A DNA stretch of 64,000 nucleotides from NCBI RefSeq assembly GCF_030144855.1, contig NC_082731.1, positions 23,436,001 to 23,500,000 of the forward strand, written 5' to 3'. A program made the translations under genes and the position numbers. Below are positions 10,089-22,050 of the stretch, piece after piece (position 1 is the stretch's first letter; every line of letters begins with the position of its first letter). The stretch is from Hypanus sabinus (taxonomy: Eukaryota). The notes under the pieces are model-generated. The model searched no databases. It worked only from the letters and a program-made list of their open reading frames with translations, and was not told the origin of the DNA.

Positions 10089-10279
10089 CGTGAACACGGT
10101 ATATTGCAGAAGCGACGAGGAAATGGAACTCACGGCCTGCAGAGTTATGGTAGAATGTACTTCAGAGCTGGACAGTGAGCTTTTAACAACAAGTTTGTTG
10201 ACGGACAGCTGTTGCTTTTCAATCTGTTTCGTGTCTTTGAACCGGGTGAGGATGCCCCTCCCATGACTTTCTAACGTTC

Positions 10280-10330
10280 TACTTGTGTGACGCAGGTGGC
10301 CTTATAAATGGATGAGACTGACTCATTTGC
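10280..10330 (-). promoter_or_regulatory. Candidate V promoter motifs (TGACG CRE half-site, E-box CACCTG, TATA-like, AP-1 TGACTCA)
   Basis: GTGTGACGCAGGTGGCCTTATAAAT lies about 200 bp upstream of the ATG. Only GTGTGACG is retained in cassette 2 (about 46751-46758). The motifs are short and could occur by chance. Confidence 0.3.
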
Positions 10331-10827
10331 CTTGATCCGGACGCTTTTTCAAAAAAAAAAAGTTAGTTGATATTTATTGAAGTAGAAACGTTTGCCGCAA
10401 GCTTTCCTTGTATTTTCATTTCTTAAACATTTGTGATGGAAATCTATGATCTTGACGGCAGGTACGCGGGACGAGCTGGCACTCTGTACCACTGCCTGGG
10501 ATCGCACATTCAGCATTGCATGCACCTGTCCCTCGTGGTTACTTTACTTCTACAGAATGCGTGGATGGGAAGAAAAATGCTGCCAAAACCGTTTCAATTT
10601 GCCTGTGATTGAAGAACGCATATCACTGGCACCGTACATTTTTCACATTCGATATCAATCTTGCCGTTTGTGTCCAGGGGTCTGGACAACCTGGTATTCT
10701 GTTTTAGATAAAATGAAGTTGATATCTACTGTGGAAATGGTCAGAGCAAGAGATCACAGCTTTGCAGTAAGTTGAGTGGAAGGCACTTTTACGGAGATGT
10801 CGGGGGTTATATTGTGTTATTATTGTC

Positions 10828-10858
10828 ATGATGATGATGATGATGACGATGATGATTA

Positions 10859-10905
<47 letters not shown>

Positions 10906-10988
10906 GTAGTAGTAGCAGTAGTAGTATTACTAGTTGCAGTAGCAGGAGCAGCAGCAGCAGTAGTAGTAGTAGTAGTAGTAGTATTACT
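10828..10988. repeat. Compound trinucleotide microsatellite (GAT)n(TAT)n(TAG/CAG)n
   Basis: Directly visible. It produces the spurious poly-N/poly-L/poly-S ORFs in the ORF track. Confidence 0.97.
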
Positions 10989-12739
10989 ATACGTGGAAAA
11001 TTCCAATGCAAACCTCCTGTAAAATTCAAGACTGCGCAGCAAATGTTGTACATAGAGGCAGATAAATTGACATTAAAGGGAATTACTGCCATGTCGATAT
11101 AGAATAACTGGAGGACAAAGGTATGTGCAGGGTGTATTGAAACGTTAGATGGATCCTGATGTGATTTATATCGGTCTGCACCGCACGGTGCTCTGCTAAC
11201 TCCATGTTATGCTGTACTGCAATGTTACCTCTGTTCTATCTGAAGGAAACTGGAATTAAAGAGGACACAAGGAATCGAAGAGAAGCTCGGCGCATACACA
11301 AGGCAATTTAAACAAATGATATCGAATTTGAAGCAATGCTCTGCACAGCTACAACAACAAAGCAAAATATTCATTAAATAATAGTGATGCAGTAGAAAAT
11401 ATCATGGTTAATGAAAAAGTGTAAATGCAGAGTGCCACAGTCGAAATGGAAGGCTAATGCTCTATTTTCAAATAGTATTGTACGTGTATTTGTCTGCATT
11501 TTCTGATTAGATTGGGGTTCGGTGAGATCTCACGGAAAATAGCCTGCGGAGCTGAAATTTCCTGGCACCTCCGCAGTTAACGATTTGTCTTTAATATCCT
11601 TGAGTATTACCTCACTAGCAGCATTGAATTGTTAGCAAATAAATAGGCAAATATTTAAATAGTTTAATTATGCATTTAATTAATCAACGGATGAATAAAT
11701 AAAATAATAAACAAATACACAAATAAATAAATTCAAAATTATGTTCATGAAATATGGGTTAGGCAAATCAATGAATAATCACGTATGTGAACTGTTGGAA
11801 ATGGAAATCCATGAAATATTTATTTCAATTGCGGCCAGTCGGAGATCCGAAGCGTGTCAGGACGTAGCTCAGTTAAGTTTGCCTATTGAGTATATTAGAC
11901 ATCAACTCGCAGCTATTTCACCTTTTAAGCAAAGCTTATCAGAGATACAAAGCGTGAAATGACATAGCTCTGTCAGTTTCCCCGATTGCGAAAATATGGC
12001 ATCTGCTCGCCGCGATTTGGTGTTTCAAACTGCTGCCAATGGGAGATGGCAAATATGATAAGTCAGAGCTAACTCAGGTTCAACGATCAGAATGCAATTT
12101 TCGGCATCTTCCTGTTTTGAAAAGCGATATGGATTGATTGACAAGATTCAATACAATAAAGCTACGGCCGTCGGTGGAATCGACAGTGTTTCAACGGGAA
12201 ATTGCGACATTGCTTCTTCGATGTTTCAGCGAGATTAGGCGTGAGCTGGTGAATGCAACTATTTTTCCCCGTAGTTTATTTATTGTTCATTTTTCATACT
12301 TTATTTTTGTTCAGTGTGAACTGTAAGTGTGCCAGGCAGAATACTTGATCGCAATACTCAGCAAAGTTGCAGTATTAACTCATTAACGTGAAACAGTAAG
12401 CATTCTGCGTTCCTGGCCGGAATCATTATCGGGACTTGAATAAATGCATGTTAATGGAAGACTCGGAGTTTTCCAGTATCACTGACGACTGCTCCTGGAT
12501 AAAACGTAGACAGTTTCTGTATCTTACACTTCGTTTTAAGGAGCTGAAGCTAGAAATAAATGAACGCTAGATTTTTCTAAATGCTGAGGGCGTGATAGAT
12601 TGGACATAATGATGGTGGGTGCCCCAAAGTTACAGGAGGCAGGTAAAGTGGTTGACAAGAAAGAGAAAGGCATTAAACAAACAGTCCAGAATGTCCTGCA
12701 GAAATTTCCCTCAACATCAGATAATTTAATGTGTATAAT

Positions 12740-14215
12740 GAATTGAATTGAATTGACATTCGACCTACATTTACAAGACGAGAACATATCTTCACGTTTC
12801 ATTTCCGTAAATGTGTAATGTGCAACTTATAATAATTTATCATAAATTGTATGTACAACAGTACAGTCAAAATAAAATACAAATGCAATTGTATCTGCAT
12901 GAATTAATCGGTTAGATGGGTGGGTGGAGCAAGTTGATCGGCAGTCTGTCGGTCCTGGACTTTATGCTGCGGTCCCGTTTCCCGGACGGTAGCATTTGGA
13001 ACATTTTGTGCTTGACGTGTCTCGGGATTCTAATGATCGTTCGGGCCCTTTTGTACACGCTTCTCTTTGGAAATGTCCTGAATAGTACGGAGGTAACATC
13101 TACCGATGCACAGTCTGCAGAATTCTGCGATTGCGGGAGTACGGTTCCAAAACCAGACAGTGATGCAGCCAGTCAGGGTGCTCTCAGTTGTGCACGAGTA
13201 GAGCACTCTTGGAATTTGGAGGTCAAACTTCCTCAGACGACTGAGGTGCAAGAGGAGTTGGTTGTCTTATTCACCACACAACCGGTATGTACTGAGCACA
13301 GCAGATCTTCAGTGATGTGTATACCAAAGAACATGAGTTTTAATGATCCATTGATGTTAATAGTGGTTAGGTAGTCTGTCTCTATTCTTCCTGTAATCCA
13401 CGGCCAGCTTCTTTGTTTCTTTTTCCCCCTGCGACATTGGGAGATAAGCTGTTTCGATGACTCCATTGTGTAAGGGTGGCGCATTCTTCTCTTTCGGCTC
13501 CCACATTACTGTTTGAGATTAGGTCAATCAGGGTACTGTCCTCAGCAAATTGAATTAGCAGATTGTAGCTCTGGGTATGGAGACAGTAATTGGTATACAA
13601 GTATTAAAGGAAGACGCTGCGTACACAGACACAGGGTGCGTGTGTTGAAGGTCAGAGGAATATTGGCGAGGGATCCCAATATTACCACCTGCGGCGATCT
13701 GACAGAACGTCGTTCATCCAGCTACAGAAGACAGGGTGACGGTCGAGGTCACTGAACTTCTTTTCGAAACTGGAGGGAATTATGGATTTCAATGTTGAAC
13801 TGTAGTCCAAGAGCAACATTCATTCATAAGTATCTCGCTTCTCTAGATGTGTAAGGACGATGTGCAGAGCTGTGGCTATTGCGTCATCTGTTGATCTGTT
13901 TTGTCGATAGGCGAACTGTAGGGGGTACAGTGTGGGTGGTAGCATGCTACAGGTGTTATCCCTGACCAGCCAATAAAATAGTATGCTTATTATAGAGCAG
14001 AGTTCAACAGGACGCCAGTCGTTCGGAGATGTTACCTTGGTCGTTGTAGGTAGCGGGACAATGACCACTGTTTCGACTCACGACTGCACTCTACATTGGG
14101 AGACGGAGAGATTAAAAATGACTGTAAACACACCTGTCAGCTGTGCCGCGCAAATCGTGTGTACCCGCCCTGGGATGCCGTCCGATCCCACAAATGTACT
14201 TCGATTAATCTATAG
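12740..14215 (-). mobile_element. Rex1/Babar LINE fragment (shared with copy 2)
   Basis: Minus-strand SPNDWRPVELCSII...PLQFAYRQNRSTDDAIATALH and QFAEDSTLIDLISN. (GAATT)n tail at about 12745. Confidence 0.8.
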
Positions 14216-14369
14216 CACTATCCGCAACATCATATACAAAAAGCCTTATTTGTATAACAGGTATATTTACATCTATACACTGCAAAAATGTCTGTCATGA
14301 TTTATGATGACTATTAGTTTTTGAGTGTACCACATATGTCAAAAAGTCCAAAGGAATGTATCCATGAAT

Positions 14370-15760
14370 AATTTACGCCAAACAAAATGTCTAGGGGCCT
14401 TCTCGGATATCCAATAAAACTAAAATGCTCTTCCTCGCACAAAAAGGCTCGGTGTCAAAGAGTTGTTTTTTTTCTGATGTGCATTAATAATACTACTTCT
14501 GGGTAAGCTGAACAGGAAAGACACAGGGTCCAGTTCAAGTTCCATCATCAGAATCTTTTCCATTTCAACCAAAATATCACTCCAGTGTGACTGAAGTTTG
14601 GGACAAGTCCAAAAACAGTTGATGACAGTTCCAGCAGTTACTTTACCTTTAGAACACTTTGGAGAAAACACTGTCTTAAATTTCGAGAGACGATCTGGAA
14701 TCAAATGGACCCCTTCAGAATGTTGAGTTGCAATGATTGAGTTCCATTACAATCTGAAAACTCCGTTGTATTATCACAGATGTCTTCCCATGTTCCTGCT
14801 ATAATTTCTACGCCCAGCTCTTCTCCACGACTCTTCACAGATGCTCAACTTCCCCACAAGAATATTCCATCAGGGTGTTGTAAAACGTGCTAATGGAGAC
14901 CACTCTTAAAACAAACCACCCTATTTTCTCTGACAAAACGTTAGAAATCAGTTAGCAACGATGCGTTTATTTTTCTGTATACAATCTCATATCTGAAGGA
15001 AACGAAAACGATCCTTCTTGGGTATGTTAAATGTGTGTACTATTTGTCTAAAACACATCATCATTACTTCAGCAACCAAATCTCCTAGATGGAAAATATC
15101 CTCAGAAATGCAAAGTTTAAATCCGGAATTCAATACGCCAGTCTGAAAATCTGGACTGCTGGCTATTGGAGTGAAGGGTGATAATTTTGTTGCGTTCCCC
15201 TCAATTTGTCGAAACGCCCTCCAAGCGCTGACAGTATTAATCGTTACTGAATTACGACAATGTTCCTTAACATGTTTCATCTCATTGTGTAAAAGCAAAG
15301 TATAAGATGATACTTTGCTTGTGAAGCTTTAATGTCAAGCCAAATAGTGGAGAAATTCTCTGCAAACCCAGTCAACCACAAAAGATAAAAAAAATAACTT
15401 AATTGATATTTTTGATGTCTGGAAAATCCAGACAGCCTGGACGACTGGGCAAGCTGTAACTTAGGTATTTTAATAAAGTTTTGATTTTGTTCCAGATAAA
15501 AGAAACAGACACGCCATTTATTTTTTAAACTGTTTGTTGGGTAAAATGACTGGAAAAATTCGTACTGAGTGGAGCACAGGAGGAAGAATGTTCATTTTGA
15601 GCAAGGATGTTCGGCCAACCCATGAAATGGAGAAGAGTCCCTTCGCTCAAGATCCAGTTTCATTGCATCAAATAACTGTAAAGTTAGCTTTGAACTGTTG
15701 ATCAAAAGCTGGTAGGATAAATATGCTTCGGTAAACAAAACCCGTCAACGACAATTTAAA
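14370..15760 (-). mobile_element. L1/Tx1-like ORF2 C-terminal fragment (shared with copy 2)
   Basis: IPDRLSKFK...KCSKG...GTVINCFWTCPKLQSHW matches the C-terminal zinc-knuckle region of fish L1 ORF2. Confidence 0.75.
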
Positions 15761-15769
15761 GGAGAAAAC

Positions 15770-18700
15770 ACCCCGAGTCTCTGTTTTAGTAAACTTGATT
15801 TTATAATCTGAAAATGCTTGCAAGAAGGGCAGAGTTATGGTAATTTTAGGGGATCTTAAAGTGCCAGTCTATTGGGAAAATCAGGTCGGCACTGAACCTC
15901 AAGAGAGAGAATTTGTAGATCGTCTACGAGGTGGCTTTGTAGAACAGCTTATTGTTGTGCCCACTAGGGTAGCGTCTGTACCAGATTGGCTATTGCGTAA
16001 TGAATCAGAGGTAATTAGGGACGTGGAAATGAAGGGACCCTTAGGAGGCAGTGATCACAACATATTTGAGTTCACTGTGAAATTTGAGAAATAGAAGCCG
16101 GAATCCGATGTGTCAGTATTTCAGTGGAGTAAAGGAAATTACAGTGGAATGAGCGAAGAACTGACAAAGGTTGACTGGAAAGCGACAGTAGCGGGAAGGA
16201 CGGCAGAGCAGCAGTGGCTGGATTTTTTGCCAGAAGTGTGCAAGGTGCCAAACAGATATATTCCAAAGAAAAGGAAATTTGAGAATGGAAAAAGGATGCA
16301 ACCATGGCTGACAAGAGAAGTCTAAGACCAAGTCAAAGCAAAGCAGAGGACATACAAGGAAGCAAAACTTAGTGAGAAGACAAAGGACTGTGATGTTTCT
16401 TAAAGCTTACAAAATGAACAATGAAGTTCTTTAAGAGGTAAAAGATTAATTATGAAAGGACGTTAGCAAATAATATCAAAGACGATGCTAAATTCTTTTT
16501 CAAGTATATAAAGTTTAAAAGACAGCTGAGAGTAGATATACGACCAATACAAAATGATGCTGGAGAAATTGTAATGGCAGATAGGAAGATATGGTGTAGG
16601 CGGAGGAACTGAACGGGTATATTGCATCAGTCTTCACTGAGGAACACTTCAGCAATATATCGGACTGTCAAGGGTGTCAGGGAAGAGAGATATGCACAGT
16701 CACAATTACGACAGACAAGGTACTCAGGAAGCTGAATAGCCTATGGGTAGATAAATATCCTGGTCCAGATGGAATGCACTCTCGTGTTCTCAATGGAAGT
16801 AGCAGTGGAGATTGTGGAGGTATTAGTAATGATCTTCCAAAAATTAATAGCTTTTGGCCTCTTTCCGGTGTACTGGGATATTTCAAATGTCACTCCGCTG
16901 GTTAAGAAGGGGGCATGCAAGCAGAAAGTAAATTATGCGCCTGTTAGCTTCATATCGGTGGTCGGGAATTTGTTGGAGTCGATTCGGGAGGATGAAGTTA
17001 CTGAGTTCCTGGAGGCATATGACAAGATAGGCAGAACTCAGAATGGTTTCCGGAAAGGAAAATCCTGCATGACAAACCTAGTGCAATGTTTTGAAGAAAT
17101 AACAAGTAGGATAGACAAGGGAGATGTAGTGGATGTTTGTATTTTGATTTTCAGTATGCCTTTGACAAGGTGCCGCACATGCGGCTGCTAAACTAGATAA
17201 GAGCCAAAGGAATTGCATGAAAGTTAGATACGTGGATAGAGCGTTGGTTGATTGGCAGCAAGTAGAGAGTGGGAATAAATGGATCGCATTCTGGTTGGCT
17301 GCCTGTTATCAATTGTGTTCGGTAGCGGTACGTGTTGGGGCTGCTTTTTTTAAGTTGTATTTTAATGATTTGAATTATCCCTGCAAGCGTAATGCTAAAC
17401 CTGCCCCTACATCTCATCCTTTACCACCACTCAGGGCCCCAAGTAGTCCTTCGAGGTGACGCAACACTTCACTTGAGAGTCTGTTGGGTTAATCTATTTC
17501 ATCCAGTGCTCCCGGTGAAGCCTCCTCTACATCGACGAGACCCGACGCAGATTTCGGGACTGCTTCGTCGAGTGCCTACAACAGAGAGGATCTCCCGGTT
17601 GTCGCTGACTTCAGCTCTCCTTCACATTCTCATTTGGATATGACCATACAAGGCCTTCTCTACTTCCATGATGAGGCCAAACTACGGTTGGAAGAACAAC
17701 ATCTCATATACCGTCTGGGTAGTGTCCAGCCCCTTGGTATGAACACCGAATTCTCCAACTTACAGTAATTCGCTCTCTATCACTTTGTCCATCCCATCTT
17801 CACTCGGTCTCCTCTTCTAGCTGTCTATCACCTCTCATGACTCTGCCTTCTTCTACTACCCATATTGCGCTCCCCTCAGATTCCTCCTTCACACCTCCTG
17901 ACTGTCCCCTCCCTGCCTCCCTTCCCCCTCCCATTGAACTTTCCTCTGATTGTTTTTCCACCCTCCCCCCACCTTTTTTATAGGGCCATTGCCCACCCCA
18001 CCCCCCCACCACTTCTTTAGTCCTGACGAAGGCCCGAAACGTTGACTGCTTCTTTCAGCGAATGCTGGCCGACTTGCTGATTTCAGCTAGATTTTCTATA
18101 CGTCTTGACTTGACCACAACATCTGCAGTCTACTTTGTGTGTTATGGGAGAGATGGCTTTGTGGCTAAGTTTGTTGATGTTACGAAGATAGGTGGAGGGG
18201 CCGGTAGTGCTGAGGAAACAGAAAGTCTGCAGAGAGACTTGGATATTTTAGGGGAATGGACAAAGAAGTGGCAAATTAATTACAATGTCGGAGGGTGTAC
18301 GGTTATGCACTTTGTTCGGATAAATAAACGGGCTGTCTATTATATAAATGAGGAGTAAATTCAAATGTCTTATATGCAACGGGACATGGGAGTTCTCGTG
18401 CACGATACCCTTAAGGATAACCTCCAGTTTACGTCGGTGAACAAGAAGACGAATGCAATGTTGGCAGTCATTTCCAGAGGAATAGCGTAAAGGAACAGGG
18501 ATGTTATATTGAGGTTCTATAAGGCACTGGTAAGACCTCACTTGGAATACTGTGCGCAGTTTTGGGCTCCATATTGAAGAAAGGATGAGTTGACTTTGGA
18601 GAGCGTTCAGAGAAGATTCACTAGAATGATTGCGGTAATGAGAGGGTTAAGATGTGAGGAAAGTTTGACAGCTCTTGGACTGTACTTCTTGGAGTTTATA

Positions 18701-19115
18701 AGAATGAGCGGGGACCTCATAAAACATTTCAAATGCTGAAAGGCATGAACAGAATGGAGGTAGAATAGTTGGTTCCCATGGCAGTGTCGTCTGGTCCGAG
18801 AGAAAATGACTTGAGAATTGCAGGGCGCCCATTCATAACAGAGATGCATATTTTTTTTTTTTTTTTGAGGCAGAGGGTAGCGAATCTGTGGAGTATGTCG
18901 CTACACTCGACAGTAGAGGCCGGATCATTGGGTGTACTTAAGGCAGAGATTCATCGTTATCTGTGTAGTCAGTGCATCAAACGTCATGGTGAGAAGGCGG
19001 GGGAATGGGACTAAAGGGGAGATTGGATCAGCTCATGAGGAAACAGCGGAGCAGTCTCGATGGCCGAATGGCCAACGTCTGTTCCTTTGTCTTATGGTCT
19101 TAAGGTCTAAAATGT
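15770..19115 (+). mobile_element. CR1 LINE ORF2 (APE plus RT), degenerate (shared with copy 2)
   Basis: MVILGDL...PLGGSDH, PGPDGMH.RVL.EVA, NYAPVS..SVVG.LLE, FVAKFVDVTKIGG, and a typical CR1 3' UTR ending in TATGGTCT repeats. Confidence 0.9.
17383..18145 (+). mobile_element. Penelope-like element fragment (GIY-YIG end) nested in CR1
   Basis: It interrupts the CR1 RT between GATTTGAATTA and GATGGCTTTGTGGC. The paralogous copy translates as ...GETRRRLRDRFVEQLRSVRH...EHLIYRLGSLQP..MNIEFSNF. Confidence 0.8.
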
Positions 19116-19469
19116 ATTGATGCAATGTATAAGTGGTGCACTGATATAGCACGTTTTGATAAGAAAATTGGAACGTCATCCCCATACAATTTAATTTTAT
19201 TTGAATTTAGTCCGATATCTGAGCAGATATGTTGGGGTCTCGCCGCAGAGCCTGAAGCAATGGCATGATCAATAGTGTGAAAAGTAGTAGCGATGAAGGG
19301 CAGACCTGCCGGCTGCCCCTCAGAATACTAAAATTATCGGGCCTAATCTCATTAGTGAGAACTGCAGCCAAAGGTTAATTGTAAACAACCTTTACCAAAT
19401 TAATAAAATTAATGCCCAAACCAAAACGTTATAATGTAAGAAAAATTATACGGACATTCGGCACGATCA

Positions 19470-19900
19470 AAGGCCTTTTCTGCATCTGAGTAAACAATCA
19501 GGCCGTCTACTGCCTGCTGCGGACAAGCCTGAAACTCATTAAGTAATATTCTGATATTGTTCGATGATCTACGGCCTTTTGTTCTTCTTCTATGACAAAA
19601 GATGACACAATTTCTGATCGCACCGCTAAGGTTTTCGATGAGATTTTGAAGTTAACATTTAATAATGAAGTAGGCCTGTAGGAGGCACTATCATCAGGGA
19701 TCTTACCTGTCTTTAGAATGAGGGAGAAATTAGATTCTCTCGATAATGGTGGGAGGAAACCACAATTAAATGCATGGTTGAACATTTTTTAGCTTAGGCT
19801 CTGATAATAACCCTGTAATGTCTGTATATAATTTATTAATGAGTGCTTAAGGACCAGGGGTCTTCACACTTTGGAGCTCTCTCACAGCTTTCTGTATCCC
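19470..19900 (-). mobile_element. L1-like RT fragment
   Basis: LILKTGKIPDDSASYRPTSLLNVNFKISSKTLAVR resembles the L1 RT YRPISLLNVDxKILxKxLAxR motif. Confidence 0.75.
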
Positions 19901-21559
19901 ATGTATTGATATCGGAGCATTAAGAAACAATCGTTGTTCAGAAAATGTCAATTTTACTTTGGCTGCCTATATAGGTAAGAAAATTAATGTACAGCGTGGG
20001 TCTGTGATATTTTGTAATTTGGCTGTAGAAGGCTTCTTAACTGAATCTTTTTCAATGGCCGAAAGCCTTGGTTCCACTTGGCTCTGTTGTTCCACCGCTG
20101 GTCAGTTCTTAAAGACAGACCTTGTTAACATTCCTGACAATGTCAGCAATTCAGACGTAGAAAATGTTGCGAAGGATGTCCTGAGCTGTGTTTATTTCAC
20201 CGCCAGAGGTACCTTAAGTAAGTCTGTTGTGTTCAGGTCTTGGACAGACAAAGGAACTTATGATTTTGCAGCCATTCGTGAGACTTATTTGCAGAATTGG
20301 CATGAATAACAACTCAGTATCCCGCTCTTCCTTTGCTTTGGACGCGACAGAAGAGCAACGATTAAATTAGAAACGATTCCGATATGTGTCAGTAAAAATA
20401 GTGACAAAGCTCAGTCGGCGGTCCCTAAAGCCATCGGCGCAGGACAGTAGCTTTGCGCCGTCGAATGCAATCCTTTGGTCATTACCTATTTCATCATCTG
20501 CTACCGCAGACGTCTCCATACATCTCATGTGCCCACTTTGGGTTTCCATTGCACACAACTCACCTAAGTGAGGCGTTATGGCTGGACTGAGAATTACGAA
20601 AGGCATGACCACATCAATGGGTCTATATTACGGATCACTCAATAATCGGAGACTTAAAGGAAGATTTATGTCGAGAGGTCACAGAATGATGCAAGACGTT
20701 ATGAGGTTGTTAGGCTGTTGATATTAACTTCACATATATTGTTCACGACGCCCATGCGGAATAAGGACTCGATGAGGTAAAGGTTGGCAAATGTGTTCGG
20801 GAAAGATCCCTTTATCGCTACGCAGAAACACAAATGAGATTTTGTGCGATAGTTGATGTCCCGTAAACTCTCTTGTACATGCTGCCGTTTCCAACTGCAG
20901 AAGTATCGATTATAGTCTACGGTTTCGAAGCCAAACTTACCATTTTCATGAGGGATCGTCAGTCCTTCCTGATTGGTTAGTCCTCAAACAAAAAATGTTC
21001 TGCTACCTTAATTTGTGTAAACTTATAAGCCAGTTATAACTTATGGTGTGATATTTCCCGTTGATCATCTTATAATTCTCTCGTCTTCCTTCCATACTTT
21101 CTTTACAGGCGGTGTCAAAACGCTATCGGCGCTGGACAGCGGCTTTGGCCGTCGAGTGCAATTTTCTGCTCATTACCTATGTCATCCTCTGCTGCCGCAG
21201 GCGTATCCATACACCTTATTTGCCCACCTCGGGTTTCCACAACACGCCCATTTGTCGGAAATTCGCTGCTTTGTATGTTTAGCCGCACGGAGACCCGGGT
21301 CAACTTTGCACTGGATAAACCGAAATGTGAGTTCACTTCGCTGTTTGTGGCACGTACATATCCGTTATTTCATCAGGATCCTGGCGACTTTCCGGGACCA
21401 ACAGGAAAATTGGGAAGGCATGCGGTAGCTTTTCCCACGAATTGAAAAGCCCTGATTTTATATTCCACCTTCCATTTTAAGGCCCCGGTTGAATTCATTC
21501 CCATGGTAACCATCCTGCAAGATATTTGTGCTCAATTGTCTCCTTTTCCAATATAGTTT

Positions 21560-22050
21560 TCCAATGGTTAATCAACACAGAAAGGACCGTTCTACGTTGA
21601 GATGCGTGATGACAAGTATTAGTCTAATGCATGAGCACTTGTTAGTTGGCATCCAATAGAGGCCATGCCCAATGCTAGCATCCTGCATCAGTTGTGTTAA
21701 AATGTCCGCGATCGAGAGCCAACTATTCTTCTCCTTCTCCATCGTCAATAGAATATTTGGACGTACTGCGTTCAGATTGGAGTCGCGTTTGCTAATAAGT
21801 CATATCCAGCAGGTAGTGTCGTGGCATCAGCGCCGGACTTCGAGGCGAGAGTTTTCGTGTTTGAATCCAGCCGACTGCCTTGCACGCTTTCCATCCATAC
21901 TGGGTTAAGCGTCGAGCTAGCATCTCGACCTCGTAAGAAGGAAATTCTAAAGAAACGCCGTATGATTGGCAATCACCAAATGATCGGTGCAAAAGGCTTG
22001 TCATGACGGTGTTCCGATGACTTCACCCAATAAGAGTTATGTGCTGCGCA
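21560..22050 (-). mobile_element. Highly decayed Penelope-like RT fragment
   Basis: Minus-strand RPNILLTMEKEKNSWLSIADIL resembles the Penelope RT motif HPxIxFTMExExxxxLPFLD. The upstream ASSTLNPVWMESV weakly resembles SPLxANxFME. Confidence 0.5.

Larger units (their letters stand above)
4665..19215. repeat. Segmental duplication copy 1 (NAR-TCR cassette plus flanks and shared transposons), paralogous to 40885-59762
   Basis: Colinear similarity by eye, e.g. 4700 CTTTTCCACAAGAAAGCATATGGTACAATC vs 40917 CTTTTCCACATAAATGCAAACGGTACAATC, continuing to GATAAGAAAATTGGAAC at about 19158 and 59707. Identity looks roughly 80-85% but was not computed. Confidence 0.92.

Noticed and set aside
10704-11102. 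Poly-N, poly-I, poly-L and poly-S ORFs
   Set aside because: Translations of the triplet microsatellite.
19959-20309. 116-aa ORF as a host gene exon
   Set aside because: No recognisable domain or splice context, and it lies among decayed L1 and Penelope fragments.
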